Both the position numbers and the translations under genes were made by a program. From Candidatus Falkowbacteria bacterium RIFOXYA2_FULL_47_19 (lineage in GTDB: Bacteria > Patescibacteriota > Patescibacteriia > Patescibacteriales > UBA12075), in NCBI GenBank assembly GCA_001780275.1, contig MFGB01000008.1:1-61861 (forward strand): a DNA stretch of 61,861 nt, given 5' to 3'. Below, one piece after another: positions 10,422 through 19,774 of the stretch (positions are counted from its first letter, which is position 1; every line of letters starts with the position of its first letter). The notes beneath the pieces are model-generated. The model was given only the letters and a program-made list of their open reading frames with translations, made no database searches and was not told the origin of the DNA.

Positions 10422-11465
10422 ATGATTTTAGTCAATTATTTCAAACAAGCCATAGACAGACACGCCTCTGATCTGCATCTTATCGAAGGCAGCGTGCCGG
10501 CTTTGCGGATCGCCGGAGAATTGGTTAGGATCGGTGAGGAGCCTATACCGTTCGGTGAATTAAAATACGCGGTTTTTAATATTTTGGACAAAGCGACCGA
10601 GGAGCGCTTAAGAAGAAAAAGGGACGTCGATCTTTCCTGGGAATTTTACGATAATCGTTTCCGGGTCAACCTGCATTACCAGAAAGGGAGGGTGGGATTG
10701 GCGGCTCGTTTGATCCCGAGTAAAGCCCCGGAACCGGAAGAGATCGGTTTTAACGAAACCATGTATAAATTGACCCACCTAAAAGACGGCTTGGTTCTGG
10801 TGACGGGTCCTTCCGGCGTCGGTAAATCCACCACCTTAGCTACGATGATAGAGATCATAAACGCGGAGAGAAGGTCGCACATCATCACTATCGAAGATCC
10901 GATAGAATACGTCTTTACCGATAAGCAAAGCATAGTCGAGCAAAGGCAGATCGGACTGGATACGAAAAGCTTCGCCGATGCTTTAAAATTCGCCCTGAGG
11001 CAGGATCCGAATGTCATTATGGTGGGAGAAATGCGCGATCTGGAAACTATTTCCGCGGCTTTGACCGCGGCCAAGACCGGGCACCTCGTGTTTTCGACCC
11101 TTCATACCGCCACAGCCGCGGAAACGGTCGAAAGGATAGTGGATTTTTTTCCGTCACAGAGCCAGCAGCAGATCGCCAAGCAGTTGGCTGTCGTACTTCG
11201 GGCCGTGGTTTCCCAACAACTGCTGCCGAAACGGGGCGGAGGGCTAATATGTGCGCGGGAGATCATGATCACTAATCGGGCGATCGCCAACCTGATCGGA
11301 TCTTTGCAGATAGAACAGATAAATTCCGTGATCCAGACCTGCCGCCGTGAAGGGATGATCACTATGAACGACGCCATTCATGAATTATTGGACCAGAGCC
11401 TTATATCCGACAATACGGCGGGAAACCGCAAGCGCGATATGGACACGAAAGCCGTTTATTATTAG
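10422..11465 (+). CDS. pilT: Type IV pilus retraction ATPase, PilT/PilU family
   Basis: ASDLHL, GPSGVGKSTT, TIEDPIE, LRQDPNVIMVGEMRD, TGHLVFSTLH. Confidence 0.88.
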   Translation: MILVNYFKQAIDRHASDLHLIEGSVPALRIAGELVRIGEEPIPFGELKYAVFNILDKATEERLRRKRDVDLSWEFYDNRFRVNLHYQKGRVGLAARLIPSKAPEPEEIGFNETMYKLTHLKDGLVLVTGPSGVGKSTTLATMIEIINAERRSHIITIEDPIEYVFTDKQSIVEQRQIGLDTKSFADALKFALRQDPNVIMVGEMRDLETISAALTAAKTGHLVFSTLHTATAAETVERIVDFFPSQSQQQIAKQLAVVLRAVVSQQLLPKRGGGLICAREIMITNRAIANLIGSLQIEQINSVIQTCRREGMITMNDAIHELLDQSLISDNTAGNRKRDMDTKAVYY

Positions 11466-11545
11466 GGTATTAGGCCTTAGGCGTTAGAGTGTAAAGCTGT
11501 CAGTCGGCCCCATAACTCCTAAAGCTTAAAACCATAATATCTAAA
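11462..11545. repeat. Degenerate 7-bp-period array pair (TTAGGnn ... nnCCTAA type)
   Basis: ttagggtattaggccttaggcgttagag followed by cataactcctaaagcttaaaaccataatatctaaa. Confidence 0.55.
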
Positions 11546-11555
11546 TTACAAAAAT

Positions 11556-11882
11556 ATGATGCCGGAAAAATGGGAAACCACAAAAAATAATATCAAGGAT
11601 AATTTCGAAGTTTTAGACGAAGGATGCTCTCATATGGACGAAGAGGGGGGGGTAGATATCGAATATATAGTTTTTGACGGACCCTTGGGGCGGATGAGAC
11701 TGGAATTCGTCAGCAAGCCGGTCATAATGGATAAAAAAACGACATATTCCAAGCGTATCGGCTCGGAAACCGCCGTGGAATATGTTTACAGCGCCGATGA
11801 AAAAAGCCATAAGCTGATAGTTTATAAATGGAACGATGCCCAGGGGGAATGGCTGGAGGTTCCGGCGGGAGCGTTCGCGTGA
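11556..11882 (+). CDS. Hypothetical protein
   Basis: 108-aa ORF with normal composition, co-oriented in the gene run. Confidence 0.75.
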   Translation: MMPEKWETTKNNIKDNFEVLDEGCSHMDEEGGVDIEYIVFDGPLGRMRLEFVSKPVIMDKKTTYSKRIGSETAVEYVYSADEKSHKLIVYKWNDAQGEWLEVPAGAFA

Positions 11883-11883
11883 T

Positions 11884-12096
11884 ATGAGAGCAGTTATCCA
11901 AAGAGTAAAAAGAGCCCGTGTTACCGTTAACGGAGAAACTATCGGATCGATCGGAGCGGGATTATTAGTGCTATTGGCCGTGCACTCGGAAGATAGTGCC
12001 GGGATAGAGAAGAAAATAGCCGATAAGATCATCAATTTGAGGATTTTTGCCGATGATAACGGTAAAATGAATTCATCGCTAATAATAAATTATTAA
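11884..12096 (+). pseudogene. dtd: Truncated D-aminoacyl-tRNA deacylase
   Basis: MRAVIQRV..A.V.VNGE..GSIG.GLLVL...KIINLRIF.D..GKMN is the Dtd N-half. It stops at ~70 aa, before the SQFTL and Gly-cisPro motifs. Confidence 0.85.
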
Positions 12097-12106
12097 TTAT
12101 ATTATT

Positions 12107-14338
12107 ATGAAAAAAAATAAATTTTTAAAAGTTTTCGTTGTTGTTTTGGCTGCGGCTATCGTTTTGTCCGGTTGCTCCTTTAAATCGAAAAATCAGGTCG
12201 TCAAACCGGAAGTCATCCCCTCGAACGGCGAAGAGCCGCCGAAAACGATCGAGGAAAAAGTGGCCGTTCAAACTAAATTAAAGAAATTCAGCTCAATGGA
12301 CGAGCTTGAGGAATTTCTCGCGAGCGGACTTATTATGTCCAGCTTGTCTTTTTATGAAGGTAATTTCTCAGCCGTCAATGGCACCAGTAACGCGAAATGG
12401 GGGAGGGTCGCTGACGTTGAAACCCTGAAAACGGAAGAGAAAACGACTGCCGCTGCCCAGTCGATCGGTGCCGGATCCGATAGTTACTCGAAGACCAATG
12501 TCCAGGTGGAGGGCGTGGATGAAGCGGATATCATCAAGACGGACGGAAAGTACGTATATGCCATGGCGAAAAACAGCCTTTTTATTATCGAGGCCCAGCC
12601 CGCGGAAACGGCGCGCATATTATCTAAGATAGAGTTCAAGTCACGGCCGGAAAATATCTATATTAACGGCGATTATCTGGCGGTTTACGGACGGAACGGG
12701 GAGATATATAAAGAAGTTTTTTATCGAGGATTTAAAAGGCAGAATGATTACACCTTCCTTAAAGTATTCGATTTGACCGACAGAAAGAATCCGAAACAGG
12801 TAAGGAATCTTGATTTCGAAGGCAGTTACGCCGATTCCCGCATGATCGGCGACTACATATATTTCGTAACCGCGAACTACGCACATAATTACATAAGCGG
12901 CGAACCCCTTTTGCCGAGGATCGTGGAAAACGGCCAGGTTATATCGAAAGAGTGCCAGGAAGCGGAAAAATGCGATATGGCTGACGTCTATTACTTCGAT
13001 ATCCCTTATGATACCTACAATTTTACCACTATTACCGCTATTAACGTTAAAAACGGAACGGAAACGGTCGAAAGCGATACTTATCTTATGGCTGGAAACC
13101 AGAATATGTACGTTTCTAAAAACAATATTTACGTCACTTACACGAAATACGTAAGCGAATACGACATGGAATCGGAAATTTTAAAGGAATTGATCTCGCC
13201 GCGTTTAAGCGAAAAGGATCGGGATAAAATAACGACGATCGAGGGCGCGGAAAATTTCATTCTATCTCCGGCGGAAAAAACGCAAAAAATTCGACAGATA
13301 TTGGAGCGATACGTCGCCTCGCTCAACCCCGGTGACCAGGAGAAGTTGGCTATCGAGATCAAGTCCGCCATGCAAAAGAAGTATGATGATATTTCAAAGG
13401 AGCTTGAAAAAACCGTTATCCATAAAATCGGAATTAACGGCAAGAATTTCGAATACAAAGCATTCGGCGAGGTAACAGGGCAGATCTTAAATCAATTTTC
13501 CATGGATGAGCACGAAGGTTATTTCCGTATCGCCACCACGAAAAATTCCGTTTGGTCCGAATACGAAAAAGACAGGGTGGAATCTTATAATAATCTGTAT
13601 GTCCTGGACGAAAATCTGAAAACCGTCGGCGCCCTGGAAGATCTGGCCTCCGGAGAACGCATCTATTCCGTCCGTTTTATGCAAAACCGGGCCTACATGG
13701 TAACTTTTAAGCAGGTTGATCCTTTGTTCGTCATAGATTTGGCGAATCCGCAAGAACCGAAGGTCCTGGGAAAACTGAAAATACCCGGTTTTTCAAATTA
13801 TCTTCATCCCTACGACAATAACACGCTCATCGGTATTGGCAAACATACTTATGAGAATGAACGGGGAGGGATATCGACCGGCGGGCTTAAATTATCCTTA
13901 TTCGATGTGTCTAACGTGTCTGACCCAAAAGAGAAAGACACGTACGTATTGGAGGAAAAGAACAGCGATTCTATCGCTTTATCGGATCATAAAGCGTTTT
14001 TGTTCGATCGGGGGAAAAATCTTTTGTCTATTCCGGCTTCCTTAAACGCCGGAGGCGGACTTTCGTTCAGCGGCGTCCTGGTATTCCGGGTCGACGAAAG
14101 CGGCTTTGAATTAAAGGGCCGGATAGATCACTCGAACGGCGGGCAGGGGTCGGACAGGGACTATTGGCAAGGCTTGTATTATTATGACAACACGGTCAAG
14201 AGGAGTCTCTATATCGGAGATATATTATATACTTTCTCCAATAATTATCTGAAAATGAATAAATTGGGCGATTTAAGTCCGGTTAATGATCTGGAGCTAA
14301 AGAAAGGCGCGGAATATGATTATACGGTCGTAAACTGA
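12107..14338 (+). CDS. Lipoprotein with beta-propeller domain (Beta_propel-like)
   Basis: Lipobox LSGC; YSKTNVQVEGVDEADIIKTDG, LNQFSMDE, ERIYSVRF, TFKQVDPLFVIDL, KIPGFSNYLHP. Confidence 0.88.
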   Translation: MKKNKFLKVFVVVLAAAIVLSGCSFKSKNQVVKPEVIPSNGEEPPKTIEEKVAVQTKLKKFSSMDELEEFLASGLIMSSLSFYEGNFSAVNGTSNAKWGRVADVETLKTEEKTTAAAQSIGAGSDSYSKTNVQVEGVDEADIIKTDGKYVYAMAKNSLFIIEAQPAETARILSKIEFKSRPENIYINGDYLAVYGRNGEIYKEVFYRGFKRQNDYTFLKVFDLTDRKNPKQVRNLDFEGSYADSRMIGDYIYFVTANYAHNYISGEPLLPRIVENGQVISKECQEAEKCDMADVYYFDIPYDTYNFTTITAINVKNGTETVESDTYLMAGNQNMYVSKNNIYVTYTKYVSEYDMESEILKELISPRLSEKDRDKITTIEGAENFILSPAEKTQKIRQILERYVASLNPGDQEKLAIEIKSAMQKKYDDISKELEKTVIHKIGINGKNFEYKAFGEVTGQILNQFSMDEHEGYFRIATTKNSVWSEYEKDRVESYNNLYVLDENLKTVGALEDLASGERIYSVRFMQNRAYMVTFKQVDPLFVIDLANPQEPKVLGKLKIPGFSNYLHPYDNNTLIGIGKHTYENERGGISTGGLKLSLFDVSNVSDPKEKDTYVLEEKNSDSIALSDHKAFLFDRGKNLLSIPASLNAGGGLSFSGVLVFRVDESGFELKGRIDHSNGGQGSDRDYWQGLYYYDNTVKRSLYIGDILYTFSNNYLKMNKLGDLSPVNDLELKKGAEYDYTVVN

Positions 14339-14372
14339 TCAATTTGATTAATTAGATTAATTCAATAAAATT

Positions 14373-14825
14373 ATGCCAAAAAAAACAATCCTATCGATCG
14401 GTCTGGCCCTCCTGTCTCTATCTTTAATACTCTATTTGACCTTTTCCCTTAAGCGGGTAACCGTGAGATCCGGAAGCGAGGGCCGGACGGAAATTCAAAA
14501 TACGGCCGTTACGGAAAAAGTTGATCTGAAAAAACTTGAAGCCGGATATAAGACCCAGGTAAAATTCGTCATAATTGACTATGAAGCTTTGATCGGAACA
14601 ACGACGGAGCCGGCCGACGGAACCGCCGATAAAATAATGGAATTACGGAATAAGCTTACCGATCTAAGCGTGCCCACGGAGCTAAAAAATCTTCATCTTG
14701 ACCTGGTTTTGGCTTTTTCCCGGATGGAAAATTATTTTCGCGGTGGAAGCCAGGAAGAAAAGGATTTCAGCGATGATCTTTTGGAAAGGGCCAAAAATGA
14801 CCATGAGTGGCTGACAATGCCGTAA
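14373..14825 (+). CDS. Hypothetical membrane-anchored protein
   Basis: N-terminal TM helix followed by a predicted helical domain. Confidence 0.75.
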   Translation: MPKKTILSIGLALLSLSLILYLTFSLKRVTVRSGSEGRTEIQNTAVTEKVDLKKLEAGYKTQVKFVIIDYEALIGTTTEPADGTADKIMELRNKLTDLSVPTELKNLHLDLVLAFSRMENYFRGGSQEEKDFSDDLLERAKNDHEWLTMP

Positions 14826-14834
14826 GCGTTATCC

Positions 14835-15611
14835 ATGAAATATAATAGATTTCTGCCATTACTAATTCCTTTGCTGGTTTTCGCACTGCTGGAGATTTTT
14901 TATTTCCAGCCCAAACTTATTTACGTGGTCCTGGTTTTATCGACGGCTCTGTATTTTTTTACGATCAGACAGTTCTTGTTGGACGGAACAGTGGAGGAAA
15001 AATGGTACAACCTGGTTATTCTGCCGGTATATTTCAGCGCGGGCGTTGTCGCGATGAGCACGCTCGTTCCGCGGGAAACCGTTTCCGGACGCGTTCTTCT
15101 GCAATCGTTTTTTTTATTGAACGCGGGATTCTTATACCTGTATTTGCGCTCGATCTATCATTATCTTTATGATGAGAAAGCGCAGGAAAAATATTCATTG
15201 AAAAACCTGTCTGCCTACGGAAATTTTCTGTCTTTTTATTTTTTGGCGTCATCAGTTTATGGTTTTCAATCTTTCCTGAATTTACCAGTATGGCTTTTAA
15301 TGGTCATTCTCGTGGTTTTTTCCGGCATGACGGTCTATCAGGTTATTTGGTCGCATCGGATAAACCGTCAAATCGGGATTTTCTACATCCTGGTGTTTTG
15401 TCTGATAATCATCGAATTGGCCTGGTCAGTGTCATTTTTGACTTTAAGTTATTATGTGCTTGGCTTAATCGTGGCCATATGTTATTATGTGTTAATCGGC
15501 CTTGTAAAAGCCTATCTTCTCGATAATCTAAGCGCGAAAACCGTTAAATGGTATTTAATATTCGGATTTTTGGCTCTAATCCTGGTTTTATTGACCGCCA
15601 GATGGATATAG
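14835..15611 (+). CDS. Polytopic membrane protein
   Basis: 258 aa with about eight hydrophobic segments. Confidence 0.8.
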   Translation: MKYNRFLPLLIPLLVFALLEIFYFQPKLIYVVLVLSTALYFFTIRQFLLDGTVEEKWYNLVILPVYFSAGVVAMSTLVPRETVSGRVLLQSFFLLNAGFLYLYLRSIYHYLYDEKAQEKYSLKNLSAYGNFLSFYFLASSVYGFQSFLNLPVWLLMVILVVFSGMTVYQVIWSHRINRQIGIFYILVFCLIIIELAWSVSFLTLSYYVLGLIVAICYYVLIGLVKAYLLDNLSAKTVKWYLIFGFLALILVLLTARWI

Positions 15612-15645
15612 AAAACGCGATCTATAAATATTTTTATTCAATCGT

Positions 15646-16857
15646 ATGCCCAATAGTAATAATAAATTGATCACTATCATGATCCTTTCGACCCTTTTCG
15701 GACTCGCGAGCGGTATCGTCGGGTCGATGATCGCCCGGGCTTTTCTCCTGGAAAAAACTTTCAATATTCCCTTAGTCGGGGATATTGATTTTTTAGACGA
15801 CAACAACGGTCGTCCCAGCATAATAATCAGAAGCGCCGATAAGGTGGTGGTGGAACAGGACGCGAAAGCGGCGGAAACCGCTAATACCGCTAATAAGAGC
15901 ATAGTGGGAATTTTCAAGAAAAATTTATCGCCATCTTTAAGCGAAACAGTCCAGGGAACCAGCACCGTCGCTTTCGATCCGGACAATTTTTATCGTCTGG
16001 AAGATAACCTTGCTGAAGGTTTCATAATAACCAGCGACGGTTGGATCATCACTGATTTTATTCCGGAAAAAATGACGCCGGCGTTACCGGTAACGGATAA
16101 AGTTCAAGCGGCGCATAAAAAGGAAGTTTTGGCGGAGTACGTTATTATCTCCAAGGATAAAACAGTATATGAGGTCGATGATATCATAGCGGATAAGACG
16201 ACCGGCTATTCTTTTTGGCGCATTAAAGCCAATGACCTGCCGGTTACCGGCTTTGTCGGAAGGAAGGGAATCGCGAACGGACAGCAGGTTCTGGCCGTAA
16301 ACTGGGAAAAATGGTCATGGGTAACAACGGTTATCGGAAAGGAAGACGACTCGCCTTTAGCGCGCTCAAGCGATCGGACCCCCGAAACGTTGGTTTTGGC
16401 CGATAAACCGGACGCAGAATTCATGGGTTCATTTTTATTCGATTTCAGCGGGAATCTGGTGGCCTTGATAAATGAAGAGGGAAAAATCAAGCCGATATAT
16501 CATTTTACCGGCGTCATAAACTACCTTTTAAAGAACAAGGACCTTAAGTATGCCGGTTTAGGGATTAATTATGTAGATCTATCCGCTTTAACCGATGGCG
16601 GCGGCAAGGATAACGTTAAGGGCGCCCTGATCTATAAAACCGATAAAGAGCCGGCCGTGTTGCCGGCCAGTCCGGCCGCTTTGGCGGGATTGCGCCCAGG
16701 CGACATTATTACGTCCGTAGACGGAATGGAGCTTGGTTCCGGAAACGATCTTGCCTCCGTAATAGCGGAACACATGGCTGGAGATGAAATTGCCATAGAA
16801 TTTCTGCGGGGGGGAGAGAAAAAATCAGTCAAAGTTAAATTGGGGGAATTAAAATAA
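15646..16857 (+). CDS. HtrA/DegP-like trypsin-fold plus PDZ protein with degenerate catalytic motifs
   Basis: TM anchor; GFIITSDGWIIT; PDZ motif SPAALAGLRPGDII. TNxH is replaced by TDFI and GNSGG by EFMGS. Confidence 0.8.
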   Translation: MPNSNNKLITIMILSTLFGLASGIVGSMIARAFLLEKTFNIPLVGDIDFLDDNNGRPSIIIRSADKVVVEQDAKAAETANTANKSIVGIFKKNLSPSLSETVQGTSTVAFDPDNFYRLEDNLAEGFIITSDGWIITDFIPEKMTPALPVTDKVQAAHKKEVLAEYVIISKDKTVYEVDDIIADKTTGYSFWRIKANDLPVTGFVGRKGIANGQQVLAVNWEKWSWVTTVIGKEDDSPLARSSDRTPETLVLADKPDAEFMGSFLFDFSGNLVALINEEGKIKPIYHFTGVINYLLKNKDLKYAGLGINYVDLSALTDGGGKDNVKGALIYKTDKEPAVLPASPAALAGLRPGDIITSVDGMELGSGNDLASVIAEHMAGDEIAIEFLRGGEKKSVKVKLGELK

Positions 16858-16893
16858 GCACATAAGATAAATAAAATAGGCAATTTATAATAA

Positions 16894-16925
16894 TAAAAGG
16901 GGCGAAATTTTTCTCGCCCCTTTTA
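16894..16925 (+). terminator. Intrinsic terminator
   Basis: TAAAAGGGGCGA-loop-TCGCCCCTTTTA. Confidence 0.75.
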
Positions 16926-17027
16926 GTTGACTGTAATTAAAAAAGATAGTAATATAAAGTAGCAAGAACGATTGATTTGTTCTTATTTTCTTATTTATTT
17001 TAATTTTACTTATTTCGTTTATTTTGC

Positions 17028-18815
17028 ATGAACAACATACGTAATTTTTGTATAATCGCGCATATAGATCACGGGAAGTCCACTTTGGCTGACCGGATGC
17101 TTGAGCTTACCAATACGGTTGAAAAAAGAAAAATGAAAGCTCAGATCCTGGACCGGATGGATATCGAGCGGGAGAGGGGGATCACGATCAAACTGCAGCC
17201 GGTAACCATGCTGCACAAAGATCATATCTTGAACATGATCGATACCCCCGGGCACGTCGATTTCACTTACGAGGTCTCGCGCAGTCTGGCAGCGGTCGAG
17301 GGCGCGATCCTTCTGGTGGACGCCACTCAGGGTATCCAGGCCCAGACCCTGGCCAATTTATATCTGGCGATAGAACAGGATCTGGCTATAATACCAGTGG
17401 TGAATAAGATCGACCTGCCGGCAGCCGATAAGGAAAAAACCAAACGGGAAATAATCGAGCTTTTAGGGTGCAAAGAAAATGAAATATTATACGCCTCAGG
17501 AAAGACAGGCGCCGGCGTGGACTTGATTCTGGATAGGATCATAACTGACATCCCGGATCCGCGGAATTCCGGGGAAAATGGAGCGCTTCGGGCGCTAATT
17601 TTTGATTCGACTTTTGACGAGTACAAGGGCGTGGTCGCTTACGTCCGCGTCATGGACGGAAGCGTCAAGAAGGGCGAGAAAATAAAATTGATGGCCAGCG
17701 GAGCGGAAAGCGAAGCGCTGGACGTAGGCATCTTCAAGCCCGATTATCTCGCTACCGGCGAACTTAAGACCGGGGAGATCGGCTATATCGTGACCGGTTT
17801 TAAGGATATAAGCGAATGCCGGGTGGGGGATACGGTAACCCAGATAAAAGGCGCACCGGCCGATCTAAAGCCGCTTCAGGGATATAAAGAGGTTAAACCC
17901 ATGGTTTTTGCCGGTATTTTTCCGAAAGAGGGCAATGAATTCCAGGAGCTCAGGGACGGGATCGAAAAACTTAAGCTTAATGACGCTTCGTTATTTTATG
18001 AACCCGAACATTCCCAGGCGCTGGGCTTTGGTTTCCGCTGCGGTTTTTTAGGAATACTGCATTTGGAGGTATTTCAGGAGCGCCTGAAGCGCGAATACGG
18101 CCTCGAACTTATCGTTACTCTTCCCTCGGTCGCCTATAAAGTCTATAAAAAGAACGGCGAATCGTTCGTGATGCGTACGCCCCAGCAATTCCCGGACCGG
18201 GAAACCGTGGAAAGGATCGAAGAGCCATGGGTTAAGCTCGACATAATCACGCCCAAAGATTATGTCGGCGGGATTATGAACCTGGCCCAGGAAAAAAGAG
18301 GAATCTATAAGAATACGGAATATATCGACGCCACCCGGGCAATCATGCATTATGAAATACCCATGAGCGCGATCCTGACCGATTTTTACGACAAAATAAA
18401 AAGCGTCAGCTCCGGCTATGCGTCAATCAACTACGAATTTACCGATTACCGCGAAACAGAGGTGGTTAAGATGGATATTCTGGTGGCCGAAGAGGGGGTG
18501 GAGGCGCTATCGGCGATCGTTTACGAGGACGAGGTATTCAACCGCGGCAAAGAGATCGTTAACACCCTTAAAGATAATTTACCCAAGCAGATGTTCGCGA
18601 TCAAGCTTCAGGCGGCGGTCGGAGGGAAGGTCGTGGCCGCGGAAAAAATTTCCGCTTTAAGGAAAGACGTGACCGCGAAGCTTTACGGAGGGGACGTCAC
18701 AAGGAAGCGCAAGCTCTTGGAAAAACAGAAAAAGGGCAAGAAAAAAATGATGGCCGCCGGCAAGGGGTCGGTCGATATCCCTTCGGACGTTTTTGTGAAA
18801 ATTTTAAAGAAGTAA
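17028..18815 (+). CDS. lepA: Elongation factor 4
   Basis: IRNFCIIAHIDHGKSTLADR, DTPGHVDF, GFRCGFLG, RKDVTAKLYGGDVTRKRKLLEKQK. Confidence 0.98.
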   Translation: MNNIRNFCIIAHIDHGKSTLADRMLELTNTVEKRKMKAQILDRMDIERERGITIKLQPVTMLHKDHILNMIDTPGHVDFTYEVSRSLAAVEGAILLVDATQGIQAQTLANLYLAIEQDLAIIPVVNKIDLPAADKEKTKREIIELLGCKENEILYASGKTGAGVDLILDRIITDIPDPRNSGENGALRALIFDSTFDEYKGVVAYVRVMDGSVKKGEKIKLMASGAESEALDVGIFKPDYLATGELKTGEIGYIVTGFKDISECRVGDTVTQIKGAPADLKPLQGYKEVKPMVFAGIFPKEGNEFQELRDGIEKLKLNDASLFYEPEHSQALGFGFRCGFLGILHLEVFQERLKREYGLELIVTLPSVAYKVYKKNGESFVMRTPQQFPDRETVERIEEPWVKLDIITPKDYVGGIMNLAQEKRGIYKNTEYIDATRAIMHYEIPMSAILTDFYDKIKSVSSGYASINYEFTDYRETEVVKMDILVAEEGVEALSAIVYEDEVFNRGKEIVNTLKDNLPKQMFAIKLQAAVGGKVVAAEKISALRKDVTAKLYGGDVTRKRKLLEKQKKGKKKMMAAGKGSVDIPSDVFVKILKK

Positions 18816-18819
18816 TTAT

Positions 18820-18930
18820 CATTACAAACACACGAATAAAAACACAAATTCACAAATACAGTATTAATTTATTTGGATGAATATTTGTGTTATTTGTGAT
18901 TAAATTTGTGAATTTGTAATAATCCGTAAT
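18820..18930. repeat. ~100-bp ACAAAT/ATTTGT inverted-repeat element, copy 1
   Basis: Aligns with the reverse complement of 34612-34712 (ACAAATTCACAAATACA ... ATATTTGTGTTATTTGT..TTAAATTTGTG). Confidence 0.8.
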
Positions 18931-18959
18931 TATTAATATCGGAATAAATATAAATCTGT

Positions 18960-19058
18960 ATGAAGAAAAAAACAGTCACAAGGATCATCTGGACGATACT
19001 TACAGGCATGATCATCTTTACTATGGTCCTTTGGACCGTCGGCGCTGCGTTCATGTGA
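18960..19058 (+). CDS. 32-aa single-TM small protein (not in ORF track)
   Basis: MKKKTVTRIIWTILTGMIIFTMVLWTVGAAFM*; basic N-terminus plus TM helix, with a hairpin downstream at ~19108-19124. Confidence 0.6.
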   Translation: MKKKTVTRIIWTILTGMIIFTMVLWTVGAAFM

Positions 19059-19141
19059 TGTGTAATTAGTATTTTGTATTTAGTATTATGCGGCAGAATT
19101 AAAAAGACCCGCTTATGTTGCGGGCCGATGCGATATTACTG

Positions 19142-19324
19142 CTATTTATTGAATACTATAAATGGATGGTTGAGTTCATGAACGGCGGTGATTCTATCCA
19201 GGGGAAGCACAACCGCAAATCTGTTATTTTCATCATTTTGGCATTTAAAACCCACCGCGGCTTCTCCTTTTATGTAAAAATTTAACTGGCTTGCGTCCAT
19301 ATAAACAGTGACATAGCCGTCCAT
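19142..19324 (-). CDS. Hypothetical small protein
   Basis: 60 aa, strong SD AAAGGAG upstream. Confidence 0.55.
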   Translation of the reverse strand: MDGYVTVYMDASQLNFYIKGEAAVGFKCQNDENNRFAVVLPLDRITAVHELNHPFIVFNK

Positions 19325-19375
19325 TTTTTTTCTCCTTTGTTTTTATCAATCTCATTGAATTCATGGGTAGATTTT

Positions 19376-19705
19376 TCAGATTCTTTTATGAATCGGGAAG
19401 AACCAGAGCGCCGGCCAAAGAATGGCGATTGCGATTGATATCTTTAGGCATTGTTTGATTTCCGGCAAGAAATCTTCCTTTTCGATGTTGTGGTAGCGCC
19501 AGTAGTATATCTGTGAAGCGGCGAAAAAGATGCCGGCAAATATCAGGTAGCAGTCCCGGAACCAATGAGGGTTGTATGGCGCCAAATTGGATGAATATTG
19601 GTAGAAAAAAGGAAAAACCAGAAAAAGAAAGAGTGCGGCACATGAAGCGACAGAGAATCCAAGATTGATTTTTTTTTGTGTTTTGATTATTTTTTCAAAG
19701 TTCAT
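19376..19705 (-). CDS. Hypothetical membrane protein (3 TM)
   Basis: 109 aa, SD AAAGGAG, hydrophobic helices. Confidence 0.65.
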   Translation of the reverse strand: MNFEKIIKTQKKINLGFSVASCAALFLFLVFPFFYQYSSNLAPYNPHWFRDCYLIFAGIFFAASQIYYWRYHNIEKEDFLPEIKQCLKISIAIAILWPALWFFPIHKRI

Positions 19706-19774
19706 TTTTTACTCCTTTGTCCGGATGTTTGAATTTCATTTTATTTATAAAAAAATTAGCATATTTTTAAATTA

